A stretch of DNA of 64,000 bases from Tubiluchus corallicola. Lineage: Eukaryota; Animalia; Priapulida. Each line of letters opens with the position of its first letter. The first letter of the stretch is position 1. The DNA is taken from positions 62,001-126,000 of the forward strand of contig JAQGDQ010000611.1 of assembly GCA_030141605.1 (NCBI GenBank). Direction: 5' to 3'. Made by a program: the position numbers and the translations under genes. The notes under the pieces were generated by a model. The model did not search any database. It was not told where the DNA came from and was given only the letters and a program-made list of their open reading frames with translations. This document shows positions 49,575 through 62,443 of this stretch, in pieces.

Positions 49575-49599
49575 TCAGACATTTTCCAAGTCTAAATTG
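49575..49599 (-). CDS. ZDHHC14: ZDHHC probable last coding exon (SNLDLENV*)
   Basis: Strong acceptor tttttgtttcag; phase-2 join gives PPSNLDL, resembling the subfamily P-S-x-L/I-D pattern; donor gtgagt 6 nt after TGA. Confidence 0.6.
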
Positions 49600-52500
49600 C
49601 TGAAACAAAAAACGCTTCCCTAAATTAAATGGAACATGTAATTAAGCAAATAACGTATAATCACTTTCAAATAAAATCACTTTTGCACATACATGTATAA
49701 CAATGTCAAACTTGACCGTTTTTATCACAAAGTCATAAACTTAAGATTCTGCATTATGACCAAAATTGCAACTGTGAAAAATCTGTGCTGACCTGGTCTT
49801 CGTCTTAAGATCATAATTTTGCAATTGCTGAATTATCCGTGCTTAGTTACCTAGGAGATCCATTTTACAGCAATCCCATTTTAAGCTTTCGCCTATGTCG
49901 CGAGACCAGATCATGCCCACTTTTTGAAAAATACGTAATATACAGCTAGTCCTGCCCTGTTACATATACATGCATAAACAGTGAATGTTAGTCCGATCCT
50001 GGAATTGGACTTGAAGGACAAGTCATTCGCCCTAATTCTTACATTTATTGTCCTGCTGCTGTGATCTTTAACCCAGAGCTCACCGCTCTCAAACCGCTCT
50101 GTGTCTACCTAGGTTAGGTGTCTACCCTGCAAGTTTTTTTATTCTAGCTGTTACACTTATTCAGTTATCGAATAGACCCCGATTTTAACATTTTCACCAA
50201 AGTCACGTGACCTGGCTACGCCCACTCTCGGAAAAATCCTTATTGCACTTTTACATCCACCAGCTTGCCCACACGTGCTTAAGCATTTAAAGTGGGCGAC
50301 AAATCCGTTTGCCCTAATTTTCACATTTTGGCTCACAACTCCGAATTTTCCTAGGCTCCAATTTCCGAAAAATACCTAATTTAGACCTACCCCACCTAAA
50401 TACCTGTGAAAAAATTTGGAATTTAACTCAAAGCCCTAGGAATTTTCACTCTTGGTCCAGTACTGTAGGAGGAGTTGAATGACAAAGTCATTCGCCCTAA
50501 CTCTCACATTTTGGATCCTGCTGCTGTGACCTTTGATCCAGAGGTCACCACTCCTATGCCCACATTACAGGTTTTTGATTACCACCACGACTCTCAGTTC
50601 CGTCGTTGGGAGTTATCCACTGTCGCAGTGGATAAACAAAGAATAAAACGGTTGATTTCCAATAAGATCTTGATAAGAAAATTCAAAATCTGTTTTTATT
50701 TATATGACTAAAGGGGACCAGCAAGTGATAAACGTGGCAAGACGACATGCTCAACACGAAGAAAAATTTACAAAGCAAATTAGTGGCATATTAGTAGGTG
50801 TGTAAAAAGAGAAGAATTCTTGTTCTGTTTGACAAATTGACAACTAGTATGACCCACACCAAAGTGATTCAAAATTTCAGGCATCAGTAACTTTTATCAC
50901 CGTAGTAAACAATTACTAGATGTACTGCAATGTGATACCTTGGTGGTATTGGTGTACACAGTACGTCAAAGCAATTCCTATACCATGAGCCTTTTGTAAA
51001 GGGGTTTTCCACCTGTGTCCCGTCCTCTGCGGCATGAATTTTTCGCACCTGAAAATATAGCAACAATATCGTGTCTACTCATATTTCACTGCTGTGAATT
51101 GATGTCAATTCTGTATTTAGTACTAGCAGTTTCGACAAAGGCTTATTTTCATTCTTTTTTATTGTTGCGAATTAAACGATTTCCTAGCTAGGTTTCGAAT
51201 GAAATTTAAACTTTGCGAGTACACATTTGCAAGGATCATTTTTTTGTATAAGATCTACCTAACTTCGTAATAATATTAAAAACCGATAAAAAATACAAAC
51301 GAAATTTCACCGGTGTTGGTGGTACCTTATAAGTGAATGTCACTTATAAGCGAGTACCTTATACCCGATGTTGACTTTATTTACACTGGAAAAGTGTTCA
51401 ACAGTTACAGACCACATTGAAGAACGCCACACTGTTACTTATTACTCCAGCTGTGTTATGGCTGCATTTTTACCGCATGAATGTTTTTATTTACCCAATA
51501 ATGTGGCTTCTCGAGTACTAATCTCGTGGTGGTGGGTTTTTGCAATGATCATGACAGCTGTATATGCAGGTTCGCTGGTGTCATTTTTGACAATCAAAAC
51601 ACCTTTACACCCCTTCACGTTACTGGAGAAGTTACCGCAAAGTCCCTTAACTCCAGCCAGTTTTGTCGACTGGGCAGTGGTCGAAGACCTTATCAATAGC
51701 CTTTCGAATACTAACTGTGGAAGAAGATGCAAAAAGACAATAATGCCGTAGTAAAAACAACAGATGAAGCTCTAAAACTTGTTGCTTCAGGTGGTTGTGC
51801 CTTTTTGGGATCGAGCTACGATTCAGAATGACTGATTATACACGATTTCCAAAAACATGGTAAACGTCGATTTGTAATGGCGCCATTTTCAGTGTCCACA
51901 GCCATAGTATCTTGGGGCACGCCCAGGCAAAGCAAGATTTCAACAATTGTAAAATATGTAGTAGAGTTTTCAAAGTTGTTTAAATAATAGTGGTAAATGA
52001 AAGTAGTACGAAATGCATACAAAGTGAATGGCTCTCAATATTTAGCACCTACTATGCAAGTTGCAACTCAAGTACTGAGTATGACGAACTTACATTCAGC
52101 CTTTCTTATACTTTCTATAGGCAATGGCACTGCCACCATTGTGATTCGCCTAGAATGCCTGTATAGGAAATTTGGAAAAGCATCTTCTGCTTGACAGTGG
52201 GTTGAAAGGCCTTTATTCTTTCTAGAAAACGCCGTGTGACTTTTCATAGTTTGTAATATAATTAGCTTTTAACAGAACCAACTGTTGAAGCAACGGTTGA
52301 TTCACACTATAATTTAAAAATGCAATTTATGAACTCAAGAAACAGTTAATTTTTTAATTACATTAAAAAATGTTGATCAAACGCTAGTGATATCATTAAC
52401 TATACCTCTAGGTAAGAAAGCTAAAGAACAACAAATGCCACAACAACTAGTAAATATTCATAGCTGACATCATTCTTTTTCTGATATTGTTACTTACACT

Positions 52501-55500
52501 TTCTATAGTTGTTCGGTTGTTTATTACCAACGATGTGTGCAGAAAGACCAACAGTGAGATAAGAATCAATGCCACAAAACTGATAATCGCCGTCACAATA
52601 GTAAACATTTAGTCAAGAAAAAAATTATTGTAGCAAATATTCTACACAATGCAGTCGGTATAAATACTTATTTACGTAATGATCATCAGGTTTTAACTAC
52701 AAAATCATTTTAGTTAAAGATACTAATTATAAGAAGCATTAGATAAGAATTTAACAAAGGATATCTGGCTGGTATATGTCGAGTTGCCTCCCTGGCCCCA
52801 ATCTGTTTTGACACTGTGAAAAGAAAAATGATGTGTGATGTATAAGCCACCTGAATAACAGAAGAAATACGAGCACGTCAAACCTCGTGCTGACCTCTGG
52901 CGTGCACAAGTTTGGTTATGCACAGAGTCAGCTTCTTGATTTTATGTCACCCACTACCCCCCAATTGGTAAACCCATTTTTTCATAAATATTAGAAGCTT
53001 ATCTGCTGAATTTCACTGTTTCATGCTGAAAATCATTAGTGCTGTTGCAACTGGTAAACACACTGTGAATTTAACTTTATATTATCTTGAAAATCATTAG
53101 GCATATTTAACAGGTTATCTACCATTGTCTCACTTCATAAGTATAAGGAAGGAAATTTCATAAGGGATTGAAGGAACTTGCAATTAAAATTGGCTAAATT
53201 CTCGTGCCCTAATTCCAAACGAGTGGAACAACGGTCTTCATATTAACCAGTGGTGGCTCGTGTATAAGTACTGTGGAGCTGCACATGCGCACATGTCTGA
53301 GCCCAGGTAGAAAATGTACTGTCGCTCACACCGTTTGTTGTCAGTTGTCACATGCTTACTGTGAGTGGATCAAGCTTGAGCTGCGATAATTTAGGCTATT
53401 AGTAAGCAAAAGTAGTTTTGTATAGGATTTTAACAAGTTTATGAACAACTTACCTATGTTTGTTTGTTTAAAATTACAATTACAAACTGGAACATTAAAA
53501 TTACACGTGTTTGTTTCGTTTTACACAGTATTAAAATAATGCCTTAACATTTTCTTAGAATTTCAACTAACCGCCACTGTTAATAACGTCACTATTCTGG
53601 CGAATGAGGGCAAGAATAAACTAAAAAAGGGGAGAACATTGATTACTAAAAAATCTCAACAAATTCCAAGATTTGTTACTGTATATAGAACATGGTATGA
53701 CAATTTTTTTTTTAAAACTGAGACTGTAAGCCAGCTTGTACAACTAACTTAAGACCAAAAATTTGAAATTTCTAAAAAAAATTGCTATTTGATTGGATAC
53801 CCTCTGAAATGCATGCAGGGCCCGTTGCACCCTTGACTCTTTATTCAAGCAACAGAAGATGATGCGAACTTATTCGTCCTTATTCAACACAAAGGTGTAA
53901 CAAAAAGGAAAACCGGAAGATTGTGTAAACACGAGGTCAGAATAAAGAATGCTCTATAATATTGAAAACTACAATCCCTTATTTTTAAATCAAAGCTTAG
54001 ACTAAATAATAATTACCTCGGATACTCAAATTTCGTTAAACTTTCAAAGCTACGCACGGCTCAGTGAATCTACTAAGATTGGCAACGGCGCTTTTTTGTC
54101 ACATTCGTGTGATCGACAAATAGAAGGCGGTACCGTGATAAGCATGATCATTGACTGCTGTGTTAGCTTCTGACGTCATATGATGTAATGCCCATTTTGC
54201 GTGACATCACGCGTTTAAGCAGTACTGTAGCACTTATTCAAATGTGTTTGTTGCGCAAGGGAAGATGCCTGCCATTGCACAAACTGTGGTTAGTTTCTGA
54301 CGTAAGCAATAGCTGTGTTCGGTTGCCGTTAATTAACTTTCTAAGCTAATAATCCAAGGAACAATTGTTAACTTTTGTAGGCAAGAAATGTTTATTTTGG
54401 GCAGTAAATTAAGATGAGATTGAGTCTAAACAATCGTCCGGTCTTCCTTTAAGAAGGTTATTATAGTATACGATGGCAAACAGGTGTAAATCTGCGTGAT
54501 ACGTAAACTTACAGCAAACAAGGTGAATGATGGAGCATACGAGAATATACGTAAAGAGAGCCCAAATGGAGAGTATAAAAAGGTAGAAATATCGGTAATT
54601 TCTCTTCCCAACACAGTTGCCAGTATAATGACAATGGTGATCGAAACGATCTGCAATGAAAAGAGCTTGATGTAGTGTATAAATTTAATCCTGAAAGATA
54701 CAAATTATGAGTAAATTATGAAGTTTCGAATTGAAAGCTCGTTTCAGATTTTCGTTACATTTAAATGAATGTGTTTATCTGAGATTAGGACCTTGACTAT
54801 GACAAATGCTGGTAGAATGACGATGATGACTTTGGCGGTGACAGTAGTGGCTGTGGTGGTTGTTGCGATAGAAATTGGGGTGACGAAAATGATGATCATG
54901 ACGACGGCAATGATGTTGATGATAGCGGTGACATTCGTGTATTTATGTTGACGATGGTGATTTTGTTTATGCTGGTGTGGTGTAGCGGTGATGATGATGG
55001 TGGCGACAGCAGCTATAATAACGTTTAGTAATGATGATGATTATAGTGAAACCAATGAGTTCATCTAGATGGATACTACATGAACTGCTAACTTACCCAC
55101 ACAGTTATCACACAGCTTACAGTGGGATGCTCTTGGAGGTCGGAAAACTTTGCAAGTAACGCAATATTTCATCTCCACTGGATGTCCATTTACCTCTACA
55201 GTTTTGGTGGGAAGCTTGTTTCGAAACTTAAACATTTTTTGCATTTGAGCTATAAACATAAATCATCAAAAATCCATTATAGTGCGTACTGGTCTGACAG
55301 TAAGTTTCACTGGATAACATTTTTAGCTAGTCCGGAATGCGAAGATTGGGTTACTCGCTTACTGAGTTTTTTGTGCTCTGATTCACAACAGCTTCGAGAT
55401 ATGAAGTGCTACTATGACGAACCATTCATATGTCAAATCTAGTTGCTTTAATAGTCGAACTACAGCCATTTTTCAAAACTAGCTCCATGAGTCTAGCTAC

Positions 55501-58069
55501 AGGTATGTTTTGCGCATGTGCAGATTGTACTAACATTAGTACTACATTTCGGCTGATGCATTCTGTTGGTTAGTTTAAACCACTCCGTACAATGTTTGAC
55601 ATTGCCATGTTTCACGAGGGGTGAAATGACAACTACCAATAGATTCAACAACTGATTATCAATATTGCACGAACATTGTACATAGTCCTCGATTTCTGCT
55701 CCTAAAATGATGGTAATAAGCTTACTGTCTACAAATGCGACTTTTATAGCTTTCACAGAATCCAAATTTTCGAGGAAATTTAGAACATGCGTTGCTTGCG
55801 TCATAATGAGTAAATGGCAGTTTTTGTATATTTCACGACAGAGAAGACTTGTTTATAGAGTTACATCGCAAGGAAGTAGGCTAACCCAAGCATGAGTAAA
55901 AGAAAGTGTTTGTAGCTGCTGTTTAAGATGGTTCCGTGAGATGTGTGAATAGCCAAGAAGGCATGCCAATATGCCACAATCTAGTATGAAGTGATCGATA
56001 CTCAGGTACCGGATCTGATGCCGGGTTGCAGGATGCGGCTGTTTTTGTCAAACCTGTGAATGCGCACTAGGTCTCTGCGCATAAAAACTGTGTCACCCTT
56101 ATTCCTTATTTGGGCATTTCATTTTATTCATTTCATTTTCATTTCATTAATATCGTGGCGGAGATAAAAGAGTGAGTATTAATTATAAACTAGCCAAATC
56201 CCGCAAAGAGAATTTTGTGCATAAATGAACACACAACCCACATCACACCAACCCCACACCTCACCACATCACACCACACCGCACCACACCATACCACCAA
56301 ACCACAACACCCACACACCACGCCACCCACACCACTCAACCAACACCACACACACCACATCATCAATACCACACCACACCACCCACCCCACTCCGCCCAC
56401 TCCCCCTCCCCCGAATTCTAAATATGACTATAATAACACCCACCGTTGAACGGAGTATTTAACCATTGCGGGCACCATGCCAGGCACATTCCCGTTCTCC
56501 AGAAATAAGAGGTATAAGTTTTGCAAAAAATTTCGAAAAATAAATCCCCAATGGCAAATCTGTGGGTCCGGACACTTCGTTTGATGTATAGATCGCCGAA
56601 AATGATGCCGTCGTTGGAACTGTAGTCTTGTCGGTTATATATCCATGTATATCTATACCACCGCAATTAATATATACAATTAATTCTCTTTTCTGCATGA
56701 TACTTACCAACTTCGCTTTCGATGGCTGCAGCTTGTGTTGGCGTGGATCTGGGCACAACCCCCGGATCACGGCAAGCCGTAAGGAAGAAACAACAGGCGG
56801 TCAACAGAAATAAAATGGCACCTATTACTGGAATAACGACTGAAAATTCCCTTGCAAAGTATACACAACTGGAACAAAATTATTAAGATTAAAACCATTA
56901 AAACTGTATTTGCTATAAATTGTCTTCGGTTCAAACACGCAGTAACTCAATGTTCAAATTGCTAAAGCAAAACCGGACCCAATCTTAAACTGTAGGTTAA
57001 AACAATCTGCTCTTTAAAGTATTGACATACTATTTTTTTCAAAAAAGACTTGAAAGAATTATTAGCACACAAACGCAATTTCACAGTCACGCAACTAGTT
57101 CTTTGTTGGTACATACATTTCACCATTCGCTAGTTAGCCGGGCACTAACGCCTGCATTTCGGAAATGCGTTGCACAAAAAACAGGTGATGTACCCCTCAT
57201 TTGAGATGTGTTAGTTTGTGATGAACTACACACGTTCGACAGCTCATGCATGAGCACAGCGATAAATTTGAAATTTAAATTTTTTGTCTTAAAACTTGTC
57301 TAGTTTTAGTACAACACACTGAATATCTTACAGCAGGTTTGTACTTCAAGTATCGCTTTCGCAAACACGTACAACACGCTCGTGGAATATTTTTGGTGTT
57401 GAAAATTATGTTCGTTTCTGATGTCATCAATAGCTGCGTTCGTCTACTGTTAATTAAGTTTTTAATCTATTATTTAATTATCAAAAACGCTTTTGCAGTA
57501 TTAATTGTCTTAAACTGTATACTTTTTATCGGACTTGAAAAAGGGGTAGTGTATGAAAAATCATTCTGCTTTCCTTTAAAGCAAGTTTGAAAAACTTCGA
57601 TGGACATTCTCAAGGGAGGTATACACCAGATTTGTTTTCAGCATTGAAATAACGATATTAATATCTACTATACGTTCGTGTTTGCGAACCAAACTCGATT
57701 CACAATAATTATGGTAATCACGAATATGATCAGTGATACACAGATATCTAGATGGGATAACAATCAAATTTTAGCTTTGTAAACCTATTGCAGCAAACAT
57801 ATAGACACCCTATCCAAATGATTACAGCAAATTCTAAGTTACACGGATCCTGAACTTATCCTACTTGTTGCCTAAGCTGTTAACTATTGATGATATTGTA
57901 AGTAATTTGTCTCTAATACTTACTCAGTATAAAAAAAGAAAGCAGTATTTACAGTGAAAAGAAATAAAGTAAAATAGAAGATCCTCAGATATTTGCCACT
58001 CATTAATCGTCCACGACACCAGAAGCGATTCCTCCCGGGAAACTCTTCAAACTTTCTTCTTCTACTCAT
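49575..58069 (-). CDS. ZDHHC14: DHHC palmitoyltransferase, ZDHHC9/14/18 (Erf2/approximated) subfamily, 8 coding exons, ~294 aa; exact vertebrate orthologue not resolvable by eye
   Basis: Exons 58069-57924, 56868-56708, 55249-55097, 54650-54513, 52813-52765, 52600-52498, 51048-50939 and 49599-49575 join in frame. Motifs FPGRNRF, DPG, [29 protein letters not shown], GKRNYRYF, TTxE and NPFxxG are present. Confidence 0.93.
50939..51048 (-). CDS. ZDHHC14: ZDHHC exon 7 (PaCCT-like motif)
   Basis: ttttcag|[36 protein letters not shown]|gtatca. Confidence 0.9.
51420..52194 (+). pseudogene. Intronless ionotropic receptor (IR/iGluR family) pseudogene nested antisense in ZDHHC intron 6
   Basis: M2-M3 region [28 protein letters not shown] (cf. 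SYTANLAAFLT). Frameshift near 51710, then S2-like LWKKMQ...[19 protein letters not shown] with in-frame stops, then M4-like [16 protein letters not shown]...LE. 5' part absent. Confidence 0.85.
52498..52600 (-). CDS. ZDHHC14: ZDHHC exon 6 (TM4, TTxE)
   Basis: [34 protein letters not shown]|gtaagt. Confidence 0.88.
52601..52764 (-). other. U12-type (minor spliceosome) AT-AC intron, 164 nt
   Basis: 5' site ATATCCTTT; branch point TTTCTTGAC 11 nt upstream of the intron end; terminal AC; removal restores the frame ([13 protein letters not shown]). Confidence 0.88.
52765..52813 (-). CDS. ZDHHC14: ZDHHC exon 5 (49 nt), followed by an AT-AC intron
   Basis: ttcacag|[16 protein letters not shown](S)|atatccttt. 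Confidence 0.85.
53248..53579. mobile_element. MITE (hAT-like)
   Basis: CAGTGGTGG...CCGCCACTG termini; imperfect 8-bp TSD. Confidence 0.55.
54060..54451 (+). mobile_element. Kolobok-like family C end (relatives at 60960-61228, 61750-61950, inverted at 63916-64000)
   Basis: Shared GAGATTGAGTCTAAACAATCGTCCGGTCTTCCT-TTAA terminus. Confidence 0.72.
54513..54650 (-). CDS. ZDHHC14: ZDHHC exon 4 (DHHC motif, TM3)
   Basis: ttgcag|[46 protein letters not shown]|gtaagt; this frame is not shown in the ORF track. Confidence 0.95.
55097..55249 (-). CDS. ZDHHC14: ZDHHC exon 3 (Cys-rich domain)
   Basis: ...[27 protein letters not shown]|gtaagt. Confidence 0.95.
56708..56868 (-). CDS. ZDHHC14: ZDHHC exon 2 (TM2, DPG)
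   Basis: ttccag|[20 protein letters not shown]...[10 protein letters not shown]...ESEV|gtaagt. Confidence 0.92.
56962..57579 (+). mobile_element. Kolobok-like family A, full length (ZDHHC intron 1)
   Basis: AGCAAAACCGGA...TCTGCTTTCCT-TTAA. Confidence 0.78.
57924..58069 (-). CDS. ZDHHC14: ZDHHC exon 1
   Basis: [25 protein letters not shown]...FFFYT|gtaagt. Confidence 0.9.
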
Positions 58070-59489
58070 GTCAACTTGTTGAAGAAAATAAAAGAGCAGT
58101 TTATCTAGCAAAACTTTTGAGTAAACAAATATAGTTTATAAAATACACATGCATGCACACAGATGAATGCAGCAGCAGCCGAACTGTTTCTACTGAGTTA
58201 ATTTAACAAGCACCTTCCTCACGTTTCGCACACTATTGAATTACAACCTCAAAAAGACTTTCAGCATATGAAGAGCACCCGTATTGCTGTTTGCCAGGAG
58301 GCAATTTCTACCACATTTAACAATAAGAACTCCATGCAGTGCCAAGCAGATGTTTAACATTTAGAACGGTATATTATTTGCAGTTATACTTTTGTGATTA
58401 AAGGAACAATTGTTAAATTAGTATAATTCAAAACATTTATATTTGTACTTACGCTATGTATATGTAATTATTTTGTTGAATGCAGCAGAACGTTTTTACT
58501 TAATTAATTGAACAAGCGCCCTACTGAATCGCATCCTCAAGAAGAAGACTTCGTTTATCTAGACGACGGTAACGCGTCATGTGTGCTGTGACGTTATCAG
58601 TGACACGTCATCGTTGGAGTCCAGTTGCTAAGTAGTAGCAGCTAACTGACGCAGAAAATCAGCTAGGTCGGCTAAAGTTGACTGATTTTTTAGTCAAAAA
58701 TCAGCTAAATCAACTAAACAGTGAATTTTTGATAACTAAATAAATGATAAATTGTTAGTTAACTGTAAATTATTAAGACAACTTTTTAAAATAATTCCTA
58801 TTGCTTATACACAGAGAAAAAGCTGATGTACAAATTCAAATAATTATAAAAAACAATAGGTTTATTGCAAATATAGTTTAAATCCAATTATTGGCGAATC
58901 TTGATACTGACGGATCAATACTAAAACACCAAAATGATCCCATACGTGTGACTAACGTCGCCTATTCGTGTATTTAATTTTGAATTGACCAGCTTTCTTG
59001 TTCAAAAATTTCTGAAGTTTAGTATCTCTGGCACATTTGCATTTCAACCAGTAATTTACAGTGCCGCGTGATATTATCACAAAAGCGGCTGGCGAGATTA
59101 AAGCTGGGTTTCTTATCGGCCAGGTCAGGTAGAAATAAACCGGCTGGAGCTCAACTGAAACAGCGTGGCTTTGGCCTCTACATATAGTGTTGGTGTCAAG
59201 CAATTTAATCCAGCATTCTATAATTATTTGTTTTCTTTTCGTATTTTTACAAACATGCATTTCCTGAAAGTGTTTAAAACAAAGCCAGCCTTAGTCATGT
59301 GACCTAAGCTTTAGTAGTATACGCCACCTATCAATCACACTTGTTCCTACACGTAGTTACATTCTCTGTTGCCGCTATGCTGATCATGCCGTTTGGTGAT
59401 ACTTGCATTGCTTTGTCTATTTTGTTACAATTTAACAGTCACTAGTTGTATTTTCAAGCCAAAGTTGTCACCAGTAAATGTAAGTCACC

Positions 59490-60420
59490 ACCAATTACGC
59501 AAAAATAAGGACGATTTCTACCAACAATGCCAAGATGTGCTGAATGACATCCCCAGCCATGACATCATTCTCTTCATGGGTGACATGAATGCGCAGATTG
59601 ACAACAACAGACACGGACTGATGCATGTAATCGGGCCACATGGATCAGCTCCAGAAACAAACAACAATGGTGAACGGCTCCTGTTGTTGTGCAATCTAAA
59701 TGAACTGTGCATTGGAAACACCTATTTTGCCCACAAGACCTTCCACAAGAAGACATGGAGATCACCAGATGGGAATACCCTGAATGAAATCGACTACATC
59801 TGTACCAGCAAGAGATGGATATCAGCACTGAAATGTGTGAAAGTGTGCCGTGGAGCTGATGTGGAGCTGACGTGGAGCTGATGTGGAGCTGAGGTGGAGC
59901 TGCCGTGGAGCTGGTGTGGAGCTGATGTGGAGCTGATGTGGAGCTGTCGTGGAGCTGGTGTGGAGCTGATGTGGAGCTGATGTGGAGCTGATGTGGAGCT
60001 GCCGTGGAGCTGATTTGGCTTCTGGTCATTACTTCAAGCTTCAGCTCAAACTGAAAAAGATACAGAAGCCAAAAATCGCCAAACCTTTTGCGGTTGAAAA
60101 ATTAAAAAACCAAGAAAAAGCAAGCAGGTTTGAACTTGCACTTAGCAACAGATTTGAACCACTACTACAAGCCAGCAAAATTGAAGAACAATGGAAAATA
60201 TTCAAGGAAGCAGTAACAACAGTTGCAGATGAACAGCTTGGCAGAAGAAGGGCTAACAGGAAATAAATGTAGATACAGGAAAAAACTTGGGAATTATTAG
60301 ATGAAAGAGAATCAAACAAGAGAGAGACCTAGCAAAAACACTAGAAAGCAAGAGCCAAGCCAATGAGCAGTACCAACTGGCAGATAGAGCAGTGAAAAGA
60401 AGTTGCAGAAGGGAAGATGG
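59490..60420 (+). mobile_element. LINE (RTE-like) APE-endonuclease fragment, inactivated
   Basis: KDDFY...MGDMNAQI...NNNGERLL...TWRSPDG...NEIDYI...RGAD; stops and a minisatellite interrupt the ORF. Confidence 0.9.
59847..60012. repeat. 11-bp minisatellite (GTGGAGCTGAT) x~15 inside the LINE endonuclease
   Basis: Directly visible. Confidence 0.93.
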
Positions 60421-62443
60421 TTTGACTTATGGAAAGACTGGAAAAACTTATGTAACCAGAAAAGAAAATTATGAATTATTTAAAATGTTTTCAACAATTG
60501 GTAAACTCACATAACCGAAAACGTATTTTTAATCTTACTGACAAGATACAGTAATTTAAAATTTTACTTAGTTAGTGTCCTGTGCACTATGAATTCTCTG
60601 ATTATTTTTTCAAACTTTACTCAGTGTTATCTAAACTTGTTTCAAATGGATTATCGTCAAAATGGCTGCGTCTAACGGTCAAAATGATCTTGATTTAGTA
60701 ACACGTTCCCCTGTACAGCTTTAAGCACTTTATAAGCCCATAAAGCTCAAATAAGTCAGTCGCCTTACACACCACAAACAGTTACCATCATAAAGTATCT
60801 CGTTTATATAAATGCCTGTAAGGGCAGTATACGGCTATAAACACACGACATCTTGATGGGATTTCTTTCACATCCTGGTTCCCTGATCGTCTGATTGGAA
60901 ATTACAAGTTATGTGTGCATCCAAACCAAGATGGAGATCAGCAGCAAAGCGAGAAATGCCACAACTATTTTGCGTGACGTCACGCGTTTAAGCAGTACTG
61001 CAGCACTTATTCAAATGTGTTTGACGCGTAAGCGAAGACGCCTGCCATTGCACAAACTGTGGTTAGTTTCTGACGTAAGCAATAGCTGTGTTCGGTTGCC
61101 GTTAATCAATTTTCTAAGCTAATAATCCAAGGAACAATTGTTAACTTTTATAGGCAAGAAAATGTATATTTTGGACAGGAAATAAAAATGAGATTGAGTC
61201 TAAACAATCGTCCGGTTTTCCTCTAAAGAACAGAGCTCCAAAAGATAGTGAAAGCCCCAGGCAGAGAACTATAATCTAGAACTATAATTGTTAAATAAAA
61301 TTTAGTTTAGCACATTACCTCAGAAATTTTCTTCCAATCAATTCAATTAGTTTCAATCATTCATTTTCGATCATTTACAAGGTCTTCAGTAAATCATTCG
61401 CTAAGCTATTCGTTAGTCTATTTCCAATTCCCTATTCTCTTTTCACACGTTCATTTCCTATTCACACATTCATTTATTTAATCAATCGATGCACAAATAT
61501 AACTTTTTTTTAGTCATTTTGGTACTTCTGTAATTTTAAAACAGACATCTTCTTATAAAATGTTGCAAAAAATAGTAAGTACAGGAATTTAGGTGAAAAC
61601 ATCTTCAACCTGCAGAGGTTGGAATTACGTTGCCAAGGTGACAATGACCGCAAAGTTCACGGCTAGTTCTGCTTGCAAAATTCATAGTCCTTCATGTGAC
61701 ACATGGCACTGTTTTGAAAACTATTACGCAAATGTGGTTGATGCGCCGTGGAAGACGCTTGCCATTGCACAAACTCTGGTTAGTTTCTGACGTAAGCAAT
61801 AGCTGTGTTCGGTTGCCGTTAATTAACTTTCTAAGCTAATTATTCAAATATAAGAAAAAAGTGCTAACGTTAACAGACAAGAAAATGTATATTTTGGACA
61901 GTAAATAAAAATGAGATTGAGTCTAAAGATTCGTCCGGTTTTCCTCTAAAGAATTATTCTGCATCCAAGAGCAACACGTTAAATCCAATTTAAAAAATCT
62001 GAAATTTTGACTGCTTATTCAGAACTGCAGTAGTCTGGCACTTTTTTATCCACGTCAGCACGTTGCAAGCATTCGATAGCAGGGTCTTCTCAGTGTGATA
62101 TTTAAAGCGTGACCACAGCCTGACTCATTACAATGAAAGACCTTTCCAGAAGAGCCAAACTGAACAGGCAGGTGCCGTAGCCACACTATGGTGTATATAC
62201 AGTAAATAAGCATGTGTAAATAAGCAAATTATGTGTTTTTTAGAAAAATTCTAAAAACAATTCTGGCCAGTTCTTGTGCAGCTGCATAGCCAATGCCGGA
62301 ACTGACACCGGATATCAGGATAACTCTTCCGGTCATGTCTCTTGACACCTTTTTTTATTCTGTTGCGTGACTTTTCTATTCGTTATCAGAGCATATGTAC
62401 AGTACAGTAAGAATGTTCCCAGATATGACACGACCATCATGTT

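Noticed and set aside
54426-54703. ORF-track peptides MQIVSIT... and MYLSGLN...
   Set aside because: Wrong frames of the real DHHC exon
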